Shown here: positions 1 through 10,311 of the stretch, one piece after another
Numbering within the stretch: position 1 is the first letter of the stretch
Layout of the letters: every line of letters starts with the position of its first letter
Source of the DNA: Bacteroidia bacterium
GTDB lineage: Bacteria; Bacteroidota; Bacteroidia; Cytophagales; Cyclobacteriaceae
NCBI GenBank assembly: GCA_030432655.1
Contig: JAUILA010000021.1
Coordinates: forward strand, 1 to 64,000
DNA: 64,000 bases
Direction of reading: 5' to 3'
Translations under genes and position numbers: made by a program
The notes under the pieces: generated by a model
What the model was told of the DNA's origin: nothing
What the model saw: the letters and a program-made list of their open reading frames with translations, nothing else
The model's database searches: none

Positions 1-732
1 TTGTCCGACTGTTTGTGCCCCGTCAAGAACCGTGAAGATGCCTCGCTTCCTGGCCTCAGCACAAATACGTTTCACCGGCATCACCACACCGTATACAGAC
101 ACAATATGGGGTATGGCAATCACCCGCGTTTTCGGTGTCACTTCCCTGAATATGGCCTCATATATTTCGTCAGGATCATTGGCAGGCACAGGCATTTTTG
201 CCTGTTTATATACACAACCCTTACGTTTCGCCAGCAATTGCCAGGCGGCAAATCCCCCACCATGTTCCTGATCGGTATTCAGGAGCTCATCTCCTTCTTT
301 CAGGTCCAGCCCGTTCGCTACGTAATTCATCCCGAAGGTGGCATTTTGGGTAAGTACCACCTCTTTCCAGTCGGCGTTAATAAGTCCGGCTACTTTTTTC
401 CTCAGCTCCTCATATACGAAATATCCGCTTAGCAATTCCGGTCCTTCCCCTTTATAATCGGTTTCTGCTCCATGAATGGCGTTGTTCCGCATATCATCGA
501 TCATCCGGTTAAGCGTATAGTCCGGCACTGGTCCCATGGTGCCATTGTTGAAGTAGGTCTGCCCTTTTTTAAGGGAGAATTGGGCCCTTACCGCTTTCCA
601 ATACTCTGCCTCATCCTCAATCAGGTTCAGCTGATCCGGTGCAGGAGCTGAAGCATGGGTCATTCGTCCCAAAGGTGTGAGCATAGCTGTCCCGGCGATG
701 GATCTGGTGATGAAATTTCGGCGTGAGGTCAT
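1..732 (-). CDS. class V aminotransferase family protein (isopenicillin-N epimerase/cysteine desulfurase-like) with twin-arginine signal; 3' part outside window
   Basis: Minus-strand ORF absent from the supplied track. Hand translation from ATG at 732 gives MTSRRNFITRSIAGTAML... (SRRxF Tat motif) and stays open to position 1. Sequence is class-V PLP-fold-like. Confidence 0.5.
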   Translation of the reverse strand, partial: MTSRRNFITRSIAGTAMLTPLGRMTHASAPAPDQLNLIEDEAEYWKAVRAQFSLKKGQTYFNNGTMGPVPDYTLNRMIDDMRNNAIHGAETDYKGEGPELLSGYFVYEELRKKVAGLINADWKEVVLTQNATFGMNYVANGLDLKEGDELLNTDQEHGGGFAAWQLLAKRKGCVYKQAKMPVPANDPDEIYEAIFREVTPKTRVIAIPHIVSVYGVVMPVKRICAEARKRGIFTVLDGAQTVGQ

Positions 733-762
733 GTGAAAACTGTTTAGGTTACTTATTAATGT

Positions 763-2961
763 CTATTGTCCCGGATGATAGCTTCGTTCAGTATTCTCCC
801 GGACTGCGTCCCTGGTAAAGTGGACTTTTTTCAATTCTCCGTTCATAAACATTTCAGCCTGGTCGGTGTAATGCGGAGAATCAGGATCAGCGCTCTGGCC
901 ACCTCCCACAATGCTCCAGGCCTCCACCTGGTCCTTGTCAAAATTGATCACGGCGATAAAGCTGTTCCCGCCGGCATAGAATTTCTGATCAGTTCCTTCG
1001 GGGCTGTCATAGTATGCAGCCGGCAGTGACCCAAGGAAACCAGACATAAAGCGCGACGGGATTGATGGCGCTTCTGCGTCATATTTCGTGGGGTGATCAT
1101 TGAGTCTTTGAAACCGGTAGATATCCCCAAGGGGAACATTGAGCTGGCCGTATTCCTCCAGAACGTTCTCCCTTGCGGTTGACAGTGCCTCCAGAAATTC
1201 GTCTCCGGTCATCTTGTCCCTGGCCAGTACAATATTCGGAAAGGAAACGAGGTTCATACCCATTACGGTATCCCGGGGTATATATTTTCTGGACATTCCG
1301 GCAACGGTGCGGGCATACTGTTCGCCCAGGATCACCGCTTCCGATTCTATCGCAGCCCTCTGGTCCCAGTTCTTCAGAAGCTGCATGGCATCGCTGAGTT
1401 CAGTAAGCCTTGAATCATTCGCCGGAAGATTCTCCCAGGCTTCAAATAATCCAGGGAGGAGCAGGTCAAACAACTGAAGGTAATTGTCATATGCCATAGC
1501 CCTAAATTTATCCGGGGTGAATGCATTCTCCTTTTCAAGTATCCTGATGGCATTGGCGGCCCTGGGATTATGATGATGCCCGGTCATATAGGAGGGGTAA
1601 TTCCCGGGATTCGGGCTGTCATCGCCTGCGGAAAGATATGGTGTGGAATTACAATTCTGAACATACCCGGAAGAAGGATTGATCACCTGGATAATCTCAT
1701 CAAGGGGATGTAACCCCTTCCAGTCATTTTCAGGGGCGCTCGTTACCGCACTTCGCCAGTTGAGATCGGGGTTGCGCCTGGGTACAAAATTCCCGTTCCA
1801 GTAGGCGATGTTTCCGTCAACATCGGCATAGACCGTATTGTTCGTGGCATTTGACCGTATACTCATGACCTCTTTAAAATCGTCAAGCCCCTTTGCTTTC
1901 ATGGTCAGCCATTCCTGCTGATATTCTTTTTCCGGCATATGCAGTGGCGTCAGGCTGACATAATGCTCTCCCCGTTTAGCCATAATGGGACCGTGGTGCG
2001 TGTAGTGCACCTGGTATGTACGGAAATCGGCCGTTCCGTTATCTGTTTTAAATGGTATAGTAATCTCGCGCGTCTCAATATCACGCCATTCATCCCCGAA
2101 TTTGTATTTCAATCTGCCGTCGCGCTGCTCAACAGTTTCAAGAAAGCTGTCCTGCGTATCCGTCCCGCTGGATGTATGCATCCAGCCACAGTAATTATTA
2201 AACCCGTGGTAAACAAAGAACTGCCCTTTGCTTACGGCACCGTAAACATCCAGTCCGCCTTCCTGTTCGCTGATCAGGTGGGCCTCCAGGCGGTGATAGA
2301 CGGAAACATGCGGGTTGATGACGAGCATGGCATTGCCATTGGCCGTTTTTGATGGGGCAACGGCAAATCCATTGGAGCCTTTGCTTTCACCGCCGTGCTC
2401 TTCACTCATGGCATGTTGTGCGCTGAAGTATTCGGAGATCTCCCGGCCCGAAACGTCGGTCTGGTTGCTGGTATTTCCTTCGGAGGAACCTTCGCTGTAG
2501 GTGAGGGGATACCACGGCTGGTATCGCCGGATCAATTTTGGTTTATCCGGGTTTTGCGAAATATAATAATTCATTCCATCGGCAAAGGCCTGCATCAGCT
2601 CCTTCATCCAGGGGTCAAGTGACTCATACGTCTCAACCAGTCTTACCGAATCGCTGAATGCCCGGGCATAGAGGTCACTCATGACATAGCGCTCGCCCTG
2701 CAGTTCGGAAAGCCTGCCAAGTCCTTTAATGTACTGGTACTCGACTCGTTCAAAATCATCTTCACACTGGGCGTACATGAGTCCGAATACCACATCAGCA
2801 TCCGTTTTCCCGTAGATATGAGGTACGCCCCAGTTGTCGCGAATTATGGTCACATTTTCGGCCTGGGATTTCCAGCGGGCTATTTCTTCATCGGAGAATG
2901 ACTGGGAACGGACAAGTCCGGAAATCAACAGGAAAAAGAGGGGGATCAGGAATCGTTTCAT
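763..2961 (-). CDS. penicillin amidase/acylase family (S45 Ntn-hydrolase), secreted
   Basis: 740-aa ORF with the typical SNGFAV...INPH block around the Ser nucleophile. Likely start is MKRFLIPLFFLL (signal peptide) at 2961 rather than 2985. Confidence 0.8.
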   Translation of the reverse strand: MKRFLIPLFFLLISGLVRSQSFSDEEIARWKSQAENVTIIRDNWGVPHIYGKTDADVVFGLMYAQCEDDFERVEYQYIKGLGRLSELQGERYVMSDLYARAFSDSVRLVETYESLDPWMKELMQAFADGMNYYISQNPDKPKLIRRYQPWYPLTYSEGSSEGNTSNQTDVSGREISEYFSAQHAMSEEHGGESKGSNGFAVAPSKTANGNAMLVINPHVSVYHRLEAHLISEQEGGLDVYGAVSKGQFFVYHGFNNYCGWMHTSSGTDTQDSFLETVEQRDGRLKYKFGDEWRDIETREITIPFKTDNGTADFRTYQVHYTHHGPIMAKRGEHYVSLTPLHMPEKEYQQEWLTMKAKGLDDFKEVMSIRSNATNNTVYADVDGNIAYWNGNFVPRRNPDLNWRSAVTSAPENDWKGLHPLDEIIQVINPSSGYVQNCNSTPYLSAGDDSPNPGNYPSYMTGHHHNPRAANAIRILEKENAFTPDKFRAMAYDNYLQLFDLLLPGLFEAWENLPANDSRLTELSDAMQLLKNWDQRAAIESEAVILGEQYARTVAGMSRKYIPRDTVMGMNLVSFPNIVLARDKMTGDEFLEALSTARENVLEEYGQLNVPLGDIYRFQRLNDHPTKYDAEAPSIPSRFMSGFLGSLPAAYYDSPEGTDQKFYAGGNSFIAVINFDKDQVEAWSIVGGGQSADPDSPHYTDQAEMFMNGELKKVHFTRDAVRENTERSYHPGQ

Positions 2962-3037
2962 GGCAGAAAAATGGTTATTCTCCACCTAATATAAAAACAG
3001 AATTCCACGTACGGCGCAGCAATTACCGCCTTTCAGT

Positions 3038-3580
3038 CTATTTGCCAAATATTCTCCAGGCGATGTACACTTCCCACATTCTGAATTTCACATCTTTGAT
3101 ATATACATTATTGGAAATGTCGGATAGTCCGTGAACATATCTGCCGCCGGCTTCCAGTACTGGCAGGATATCCACCCCGGCGCCAAGGGTTCCGCTTACG
3201 GCAATACCTTTAAAATCTTCCTTTTCAACCAGGGTGGCATCCACGTTCAGCAGAAAGCCAAAATGGCCACCGGCATAAATATTGACCGGGGAGAATTTTA
3301 CCTTAAGTACGAGTGGTACAGCGATGTAATCAAAGCTGTAATCAAATCCGTTTTCATTTCCCTCCTGATGCAGGTAATAGGCTTCCGGCTGGATGGCAAA
3401 TCTTTCATTGATATCATACGCCACGAAAATTCCCCCGTAGAAACTGGTTTCTGAATCAGTCGTCAGGAAATCACTCTCCAGCCTGGCAAAATTGGCTCCA
3501 CCTTTTATGCCGCCTGAAAACTGGGCATTTACGGACAGTGCAGCAAGCAGAAAAACGATAAAAATCAATGACGTTTTCAT
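3038..3580 (-). CDS. outer-membrane beta-barrel protein (OmpA-like porin family)
   Basis: MKTSLIFIVFLLAALSVNAQ signal peptide, alternating beta-strand pattern, C-terminal aromatic residue. The longer ORF upstream of MKTSL is unlikely to be translated. Confidence 0.6.
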   Translation of the reverse strand: MKTSLIFIVFLLAALSVNAQFSGGIKGGANFARLESDFLTTDSETSFYGGIFVAYDINERFAIQPEAYYLHQEGNENGFDYSFDYIAVPLVLKVKFSPVNIYAGGHFGFLLNVDATLVEKEDFKGIAVSGTLGAGVDILPVLEAGGRYVHGLSDISNNVYIKDVKFRMWEVYIAWRIFGK

Positions 3581-3705
3581 AAAAGAATAAATCGTAAAGG
3601 TGTCAATATACAGGTAAATCAATCCTTTTATGGCATCTTGTAAGGTTTGTAACAAAAAGAAGGCCATCCCGAAGGACAGCCTTTCTGATTTCTTTTCGAA
3701 TTGGA

Positions 3706-4260
3706 TTATCGCCCGCCAAAGAGACGCCAGGCAACGTATAACTGCCATACGTGATTGTTTACGCTGCCCAGATCAGGAATGTCCGAAATATCAGTAATTC
3801 CATAAACATATCGTCCTCCGGCTTCGAGGCCAAGCGGTAGATCAACACCGGCTCCCAGGATAAAGCTCCATTCAGTGTCCTTAATATTATCGTCGTCAAA
3901 ACCGCCCGGAAGTCCCTTGTTGGTTATTAGGCCAAGTTGAGGTCCCGCATAAATATTAAGAATACTGAAGTTTCCCTGCAACAGCAATGGTATTTGAAGA
4001 TAATCAAAATCGATATCATCCGTACCATCCACTTCTGCACCTATTGTACTGTAAAGGAGCTCAGGCTGTATGGCCCATGTTTCGTTTAAATGAACGTTCA
4101 CGAATGCGCCAAAATGAAATCCTGTCTTGGAATCCGTGCTGATATCTTCAATATCTATGTTGGAAAAATTTGCGCCCGCTTTGATTCCAACACCAATTTG
4201 AGAATACGCTGTAAGGGTCGCCAATGACAGTAACATGGCGATCAAAGTGATTTTTTTCAT
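3706..4260 (-). CDS. outer-membrane beta-barrel protein (paralog of 3038..3580)
   Basis: MKKITLIAMLLSLATLTAYSQ signal peptide. Shares GIKAGANFSNI and GGRYVYG..DIS motifs with the neighbouring gene. Confidence 0.6.
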   Translation of the reverse strand: MKKITLIAMLLSLATLTAYSQIGVGIKAGANFSNIDIEDISTDSKTGFHFGAFVNVHLNETWAIQPELLYSTIGAEVDGTDDIDFDYLQIPLLLQGNFSILNIYAGPQLGLITNKGLPGGFDDDNIKDTEWSFILGAGVDLPLGLEAGGRYVYGITDISDIPDLGSVNNHVWQLYVAWRLFGGR

Positions 4261-4391
4261 GAGTTTTCGAGTTGGTTAGGTATTGTTAACGATGGAATGC
4301 CCGGATTGTTATTGGTGCTTTTCCAGGCACCCCATCATTAATTTCTTAACAAACTGATATACAGGTAAATATAACTTTATTTAGCCGGATT

Positions 4392-5186
4392 TCAGAACTC
4401 TCCTCGCTTAATTTTTTCAAAGGGTGAGGTGGCTCTGTTGAGGTAGCCATGATACCCGGAGGCAATTAAAAGTATGACACAAATTCCGATACACACATAA
4501 GGCAGGATCGAAGCTTCGGTATGCCAGTTATTAAACGCAATTGCCAATATTCCCCAAATGCCGACCAGGCTTGCTTCACGGAGGTTCCTTTTGTAGATAA
4601 GGGTGAGATAGACGAACATGGCCACCAATAAAATGATTACGGCCCAGGTTGTTTCAGACAGGGGACCGCCCGTCCATCCGGTACTCACCAGCCAGGCTGC
4701 AATATTTACCGCAGTGGCCAGCACGATCCAGCCCAGGTAAACGGTGAATGGCCACCAGACCGCAATGATCACGCGGACCGGCGCATCCCAAATTTCAAGC
4801 TTCAGCCGGATTACCAGCTGACAAAGTGCCAGAAGCAAAAGCAACATGATGATGACGGAAGTATCGAGCATCAGGTCCATCCAGCTTATGATCCACAGTC
4901 CGTTAGCCAGGTTTGCGACGGCAAACCAAATACCCGTCTCCTTAAGATTATCTTCTTTTTTTGACAGAAACAGGTACCACTGGTAGGCGAGGAATACTAC
5001 AAGCCCCAGGTAAATGAGTCCCCAGATACCAAATGCATAATCGGCCGGCGTGATGAGTGTGGCAAACCGGTCGCTGATATCCCCTATGCTGTTGCCGGGC
5101 CTGGCATTGGCATTTACATAATAGTTGGCAAAAAGGGTCCCGGCAAATGTGAGGGTGTTGAGAAGGAGCCATGCTAATCTGGACAT
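4392..5186 (-). CDS. TspO/MBR-like multi-pass membrane protein
   Basis: Multiple TM helices and an ITPADYAFGIWGLIYLGL motif reminiscent of the TspO family. Longer than canonical TspO. Confidence 0.4.
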   Translation of the reverse strand: MSRLAWLLLNTLTFAGTLFANYYVNANARPGNSIGDISDRFATLITPADYAFGIWGLIYLGLVVFLAYQWYLFLSKKEDNLKETGIWFAVANLANGLWIISWMDLMLDTSVIIMLLLLLALCQLVIRLKLEIWDAPVRVIIAVWWPFTVYLGWIVLATAVNIAAWLVSTGWTGGPLSETTWAVIILLVAMFVYLTLIYKRNLREASLVGIWGILAIAFNNWHTEASILPYVCIGICVILLIASGYHGYLNRATSPFEKIKRGEF

Positions 5187-5261
5187 TGAAAAATCGTTGA
5201 GGTTTAAGAATCAGTGATTTTATGATCCTGTTAAGTTACGTATCTTCGGACTCATCACAAA

Positions 5262-6023
5262 TTGACCTGCGTGCCATTTACCTTCAGTCATCCGGCCATT
5301 GTTCTTCCGTTTTTCAACAGAAAGTATGTTTCTGTATCCGGACTGATTGCCGGAAGTATGACCCCTGATTTTGAATATTTTATTCGGATGAGAATGCAGG
5401 GCGACCACGGGCACACCTTGCCGGGGATTCTGTATTTTGACCTGCCTGTTGGACTTGTGCTGGTCTTCTCTTACTTTCTGTTGGTCAGAGATCCTCTTGT
5501 AAATAATTTGCCCGCCCCTGTACGGGAACGCATGTCCCCGATTAAGAAGGCGGACTGGCTGACGTTTTTCCGCCGTAACTGGTGGGTAGTTGTCCTGAGT
5601 ATACTGGCCGGGGCAGCGTCACATGTGTTATGGGATAGTTTTACACATAACAGCACGTTTATCACCAGGAATCTCCCACTCCTCCGGCGTCACGTGCTGT
5701 TCTTTTTTGAGGATTACCCGGCGTATCATATTCTCCAGCATGTGAGTACCGGGATCGGACTGGCCATTGTGATTACCTCCTTCTTTTGTTTGCCAAGAAA
5801 TTCTTTCGAAGCAAAGTACTCCAGGGGGTACTGGCCCGGTATCATCGTTACCTTCCTGGTAATATTTGCTGTACGCATAGCGTTTATTGATGAGGAGATA
5901 AAAATCGGGCACGTGGCGGTCATGGCCATTGCTTCGATGATGTATGCGATGCTGCTTATCTCTGCTTTTTATTTACGGAGGTACGGCGGATCAATCACGG
6001 ACGCCAAGACGGTAGAGGAATAA
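5262..6023 (+). CDS. hypothetical membrane protein (DUF4184-like, metal-dependent hydrolase-like)
   Basis: Begins with a FTFSHPAIVLPF motif and is hydrophobic. Confidence 0.4.
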   Translation: MTCVPFTFSHPAIVLPFFNRKYVSVSGLIAGSMTPDFEYFIRMRMQGDHGHTLPGILYFDLPVGLVLVFSYFLLVRDPLVNNLPAPVRERMSPIKKADWLTFFRRNWWVVVLSILAGAASHVLWDSFTHNSTFITRNLPLLRRHVLFFFEDYPAYHILQHVSTGIGLAIVITSFFCLPRNSFEAKYSRGYWPGIIVTFLVIFAVRIAFIDEEIKIGHVAVMAIASMMYAMLLISAFYLRRYGGSITDAKTVEE

Positions 6024-7286
6024 CGCTGCCCGCCGGATCGAATCATCCAGCCTATACAGGTTTCCGAATTCTTCCGCCGTATGGTCTTTTCCTCCGCTCA
6101 GACCAAGTCCGTCAATAGAGGCATTTACAAATTCTGCGGCGAACGAAATATCTGCAGCCCCGGCATTGATTGGTTCTACCGCCGAAACCTCACCGTACCC
6201 CAGGTCTGTGCTGACCTCACTGTACAGGTTCAGGAGTTCCCTGTTTCCGGCGGTCCTGTCCATCGGAGGATACCCCCCTTCCTTAAACACAAGAGTTGCT
6301 TTAGTATGGGGATAATTTTGTGAGGCAATCCGGGCCATTTTCTGCTTCGCCCGTTCAAGTTGTTCCACACTTACCGCCCGGATGTCGCCGTGCACCACGG
6401 CCGTGGCAGCCACTATATTTCCCTTGCCTGTAACTGTACCGCCAATGTTGACCGAATCTTCTGCAACGGCGGTACCGCCAAGGATCGTCCCGGGATTAAA
6501 CGTAAGGTATTCTTCGTCCTGCAGTTCTGTGTAAAACGCTTCCAGTATTCGGGCCATTTCAAAAATAGCTCCTGCGCCAACCTCTTCGGAGAATATCTGG
6601 GAAGAATGGGCCGGACGACCTTCGACATGCAGAGACCACCCTGACGAACTGCGTCGGGATATAACGGCCGTTTCAAAACGGCTGTCCCCGTTTTCAAATC
6701 CGATGGCGTAATCCGCCCGCTGCGCGGCTTCCCGGATCGCCTGTTTGGAAAGGTCAATCGGACTACCGCTTTTTTCCTCATCACCAGTCATCACCACTTC
6801 GACCGTAACCCGGTCCAGGTAACCTGCTTCCTGAAGTGATTTGAGGGCATACAAAATGATGACATCTCCGCCTTTCATATCCACGACTCCCGGGCCTTTC
6901 ATGATCGTATCATTGACCATGGTATATTGCTGATTTGGGTGGTCAGGTTCGAATACTGTATCCAGGTGACCGATAAGGAGAATGCGCGGGGCGCCTTTAC
7001 GACCCTCGCGAACGGCAACCAGATGACCAGCACGATTAAAAGCACTTCCGTCTGCCCAGGTTGTCTCAAAACCCATTTGGTCAAATTCATCCATCAACAG
7101 GTTGCCAACCGACCGGACCCCTTCGAAATTCATGGTACCGCTGTTCATATTGACAAGTGTCCTGAGGAGTTCCGTTGCCTCACCGTTAAGCCGGCCGGCC
7201 TCCTCTGCTATTTTCCTTTCTGCCCGATTGAGCTGAGCTTTGGACGAAAAAGAAATAAGGACAAGTGCTATGAATAATATTCGCAT
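5991..7286 (-). CDS. M20 family peptidase (glutamate carboxypeptidase-like), secreted
   Basis: Signal peptide MRILFIALVLISFSSKAQ, plus IGHLDTVF and TGDEE metal-binding motifs. Confidence 0.75.
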   Translation of the reverse strand: MRILFIALVLISFSSKAQLNRAERKIAEEAGRLNGEATELLRTLVNMNSGTMNFEGVRSVGNLLMDEFDQMGFETTWADGSAFNRAGHLVAVREGRKGAPRILLIGHLDTVFEPDHPNQQYTMVNDTIMKGPGVVDMKGGDVIILYALKSLQEAGYLDRVTVEVVMTGDEEKSGSPIDLSKQAIREAAQRADYAIGFENGDSRFETAVISRRSSSGWSLHVEGRPAHSSQIFSEEVGAGAIFEMARILEAFYTELQDEEYLTFNPGTILGGTAVAEDSVNIGGTVTGKGNIVAATAVVHGDIRAVSVEQLERAKQKMARIASQNYPHTKATLVFKEGGYPPMDRTAGNRELLNLYSEVSTDLGYGEVSAVEPINAGAADISFAAEFVNASIDGLGLSGGKDHTAEEFGNLYRLDDSIRRAALFLYRLGVRD

Positions 7287-7346
7287 GATTAATCAGGTTT
7301 CCGGGGGTAAATCTACCTAATTTTAAAGGAATGACATGGGAGAATA

Positions 7347-7997
7347 ATGGCTGATACGATATTCCGGATTTTCCGTGAATCCGCTGACCCTGACCGGGCG
7401 CAGCAGATGGCAGCGTACATGAGAAATAAATTTGAATTCCTGGGCCTGATGCGGGCTGACAGGGACTTGCTGCAAAAGGAAGTGCTTCAATCAAAAAAGG
7501 CATTGCCTGCCGCGGACTGGGAATGGATCAGCCAGCTTTACGACCAGCCGGAACGTGAATTTCACATGCTCGCGGTGGATTATCTGCGGGCGATACGAAA
7601 GAAGCTTACGCCGGAAGATCTCCCAAAGATCGAGGCGCTGATCCGCCGTCATTCCTGGTGGGATTCGGTGGATGCGCTTTCCGATGTCGTTGGTACCCTG
7701 GTTAAAAAATATCCCTTTCTCCTCGGGGAAGCTCTGACGCGTTGGGTAACTGATGAAAATTTCTGGATACGACGCGCGGCGATTATCCATCAGCTGAAAT
7801 TTAAAGAGGAAACAGACAGGGAATTCCTGGAATTTGCCATTTCATCGAACCTGGGCTCAAAGGAATTTTTCATCAATAAAGCCATTGGATGGGCACTCCG
7901 GCAATACTCCAGGACAGATGCGGACTGGGTGCGTGAGTTCCTCACCAGGTATGATCTTGCCCCGCTGAGTGTCCGCGAAGCATCGAAATATATCTGA
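7347..7997 (+). CDS. DNA alkylation repair enzyme (AlkD-like HEAT-repeat family)
   Basis: 216 aa with the characteristic helical-repeat sequence of PF08713-like proteins. Confidence 0.65.
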   Translation: MADTIFRIFRESADPDRAQQMAAYMRNKFEFLGLMRADRDLLQKEVLQSKKALPAADWEWISQLYDQPEREFHMLAVDYLRAIRKKLTPEDLPKIEALIRRHSWWDSVDALSDVVGTLVKKYPFLLGEALTRWVTDENFWIRRAAIIHQLKFKEETDREFLEFAISSNLGSKEFFINKAIGWALRQYSRTDADWVREFLTRYDLAPLSVREASKYI

Positions 7998-8002
7998 GCG
8001 AA

Positions 8003-9679
8003 TTACATTTCACCAATTTTCAGCCTGCCATAATCAGCCACTGATTTGCGGGTCTCCTTGATAGCGGTTTTTACCACATCTGAACCGGAAAGATCTTCCA
8101 CGGTGCCTGCCACGTCCTCATAATAACTGGTCCAGGTCCGGATAATTTCCTCCTGATCCTTTTTGCTACCCCCTTCCTGCAGGATGTTCCTGCTTAATGC
8201 TGTTTCCGCATCAAGTCTGGTTTTTGCTGCCTGCTCAATTTCCCGGAGAATATTCAGCGCCAGCGCTTCGCCGCCTGATGCCAGCTCCATCACGCTGGTC
8301 ATCGTGCCCGCGACCACATTTCTCAAAGTCTCCTGTGAAACCTTATCGATCCGGTCCTGATCGGTATGATAGAACTGGTCGGTGAAATGCCAGAAGAGTA
8401 CCGAAGGAATATTTGCCCGTAAAAAAGGAACGTGATCACTACCCCCTTCAAACGGATTGGTATTGACGTTCCACTCACTCCGGGAAGCCTGGTTTGTGAA
8501 TTTTGATATGACAAAATCGTTCAGGTAATGAGGCTGGAGCTGGTCCTTTCCGATGGGAGATCCTCCCCATTCGGTATGTTTGTCGTTTCCGCGTGTCCAT
8601 ATGGCACTGGGGTCAGGCATCTTTTCAATCAGGAAGGACCCCCCGGTAACGGCTGTATTCTCCCCGACCATATCCAGGCTGAAACCCCACTTTATCTTTT
8701 CTCCATGTTCTTCCACATAGCGCCTGGTTGAAACGATTTCATCTCCCCACAAAAAAGTGATCGTTCTTTCCGGATCGTATTCTCCGCTTCGAACCAGTCC
8801 GGCCAGGTTCTCCGCAATTTCTGTAGCCGCCCCCACACCACTGGCGTTGTCATTGGCGCCAGGCTCCTGGACATGGGCACTCAGGACGACCTCTTCATCC
8901 GGATTTGATTTTCCGTGTATCTGAGCGACGATAGTGAGTTCATCCGAATCAATGAATTCAGTTTCAATACGCACGTGCACTTCTGAACCACCATTCTCCA
9001 GATACTCCTTTAATTGCTCATTGGCGGCATAGGACAGCGCGATGGACCAGGCTTCGCCTGAATCATTATAGGGAATACTGTTGAACTGAATGGAACGGCG
9101 GTTTGTCTCCGGTTCCAGGTAGGCGGGCATGCCATAGGTCATTATACCAAGCGCGCCAAATTCTCCGACAGCGGCATTAAACAGGTAATAGGGATGGATC
9201 TCGCCATAAACGATCTTCCCCCTGACATCTGCTGCGGCCAGGTCTTCCAGTTCCCGGATCCTGACGACCGGTGCCGTGATTCCTTCAGTCGGGGTGGAAC
9301 GGGAATTCACCGAGATCATGTTCCGGTTGTTGCTGTAATTCAATAAGAGCTCATTGTTACCGGCCAGGCTTACCTGCGCATCCACCGGGTGCCATGCCGG
9401 GTGGTCAAGTGGCCTTTTTTCAATCCGGTAGGTAAGCCGTGCATTGCTGTCTCCTTCCGGTACAAATCCCGCGTTTTTGAGTTTACCTACCACATAATAA
9501 ATGCTGGAATCAAAACCGGGATTTCCGGCGAGTCGCCAGAATTGTTCTACATAGGCAGTCACGTCATAAGCCGTTTCACCGGTGGCATGCTCGTTGGAAA
9601 GGTCAGCATAGCCTTTCTGGGCATGAGAGAGATAATTACCTGCAACGAGCAGCAAAAGAGTAATAAATAGGGTTCGCAT
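8003..9679 (-). CDS. M28 family peptidase with PA domain, secreted
   Basis: Signal peptide plus the HVQEPGANDNASGV M28 zinc-binding block. Confidence 0.75.
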   Translation of the reverse strand: MRTLFITLLLLVAGNYLSHAQKGYADLSNEHATGETAYDVTAYVEQFWRLAGNPGFDSSIYYVVGKLKNAGFVPEGDSNARLTYRIEKRPLDHPAWHPVDAQVSLAGNNELLLNYSNNRNMISVNSRSTPTEGITAPVVRIRELEDLAAADVRGKIVYGEIHPYYLFNAAVGEFGALGIMTYGMPAYLEPETNRRSIQFNSIPYNDSGEAWSIALSYAANEQLKEYLENGGSEVHVRIETEFIDSDELTIVAQIHGKSNPDEEVVLSAHVQEPGANDNASGVGAATEIAENLAGLVRSGEYDPERTITFLWGDEIVSTRRYVEEHGEKIKWGFSLDMVGENTAVTGGSFLIEKMPDPSAIWTRGNDKHTEWGGSPIGKDQLQPHYLNDFVISKFTNQASRSEWNVNTNPFEGGSDHVPFLRANIPSVLFWHFTDQFYHTDQDRIDKVSQETLRNVVAGTMTSVMELASGGEALALNILREIEQAAKTRLDAETALSRNILQEGGSKKDQEEIIRTWTSYYEDVAGTVEDLSGSDVVKTAIKETRKSVADYGRLKIGEM

Positions 9680-9682
9680 CGG

Positions 9683-10258
9683 TTAATTTTGAGTTTTTCC
9701 TTCTAAAACATTGACACCTGGCGGAACCGGGTTGCCTGACATTCGACGCATGATGATCAGCTGACCTGTGTGATAAATTGCGTCGGCGACCGGGCCGTTG
9801 ATGAGGTTCCAGTAGGGATAGCTTTGTTGAGGGAACTGGATGCTGAGTGCGTCCATATCTGGTTGTTGCTCCAGGAGTTCGTTACGCACCTCCTGCAACA
9901 TCATGAGAATTTCCGTTCGGATTTCTTCCGCATCTTTCGCGGAGGGGTCAACTGCCTGTACCGGCAGATTGCGGTGAGTATTGTAAATTACATTGACTAG
10001 CAGATAGATGTGGTCGAGCGTTTCCCGGCATGAACGGATGTCTTCTGCTGGCCTGAAAGCCAAATCCGCCTGTCGGAGCCCTTCCGTCGCCCACCTGAAC
10101 CGGAACCCCAGTCCGTCAATCATCCTGGCAGCCACCGAGTGGGCCGTGTACGAATCCGGGGTTTCTTCAATGGAACTGAAGGGGAGATCATCCTGGCCCT
10201 GAACAGCCTGGCTGAAAATCATAAGGATTGAATAAATGAATAATTGCCTGATAATCAT
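9683..10258 (-). CDS. DinB/YfiT-like superfamily protein, secreted
   Basis: 191 aa with signal peptide and a conserved His-containing helical-bundle pattern. Weak assignment. Confidence 0.35.
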   Translation of the reverse strand: MIIRQLFIYSILMIFSQAVQGQDDLPFSSIEETPDSYTAHSVAARMIDGLGFRFRWATEGLRQADLAFRPAEDIRSCRETLDHIYLLVNVIYNTHRNLPVQAVDPSAKDAEEIRTEILMMLQEVRNELLEQQPDMDALSIQFPQQSYPYWNLINGPVADAIYHTGQLIIMRRMSGNPVPPGVNVLEGKTQN

Positions 10259-10311
10259 CTTGGGGAGTAAACTTATTTATCCCTAAATTAAAGAGTATAA
10301 ATGATAACGTT

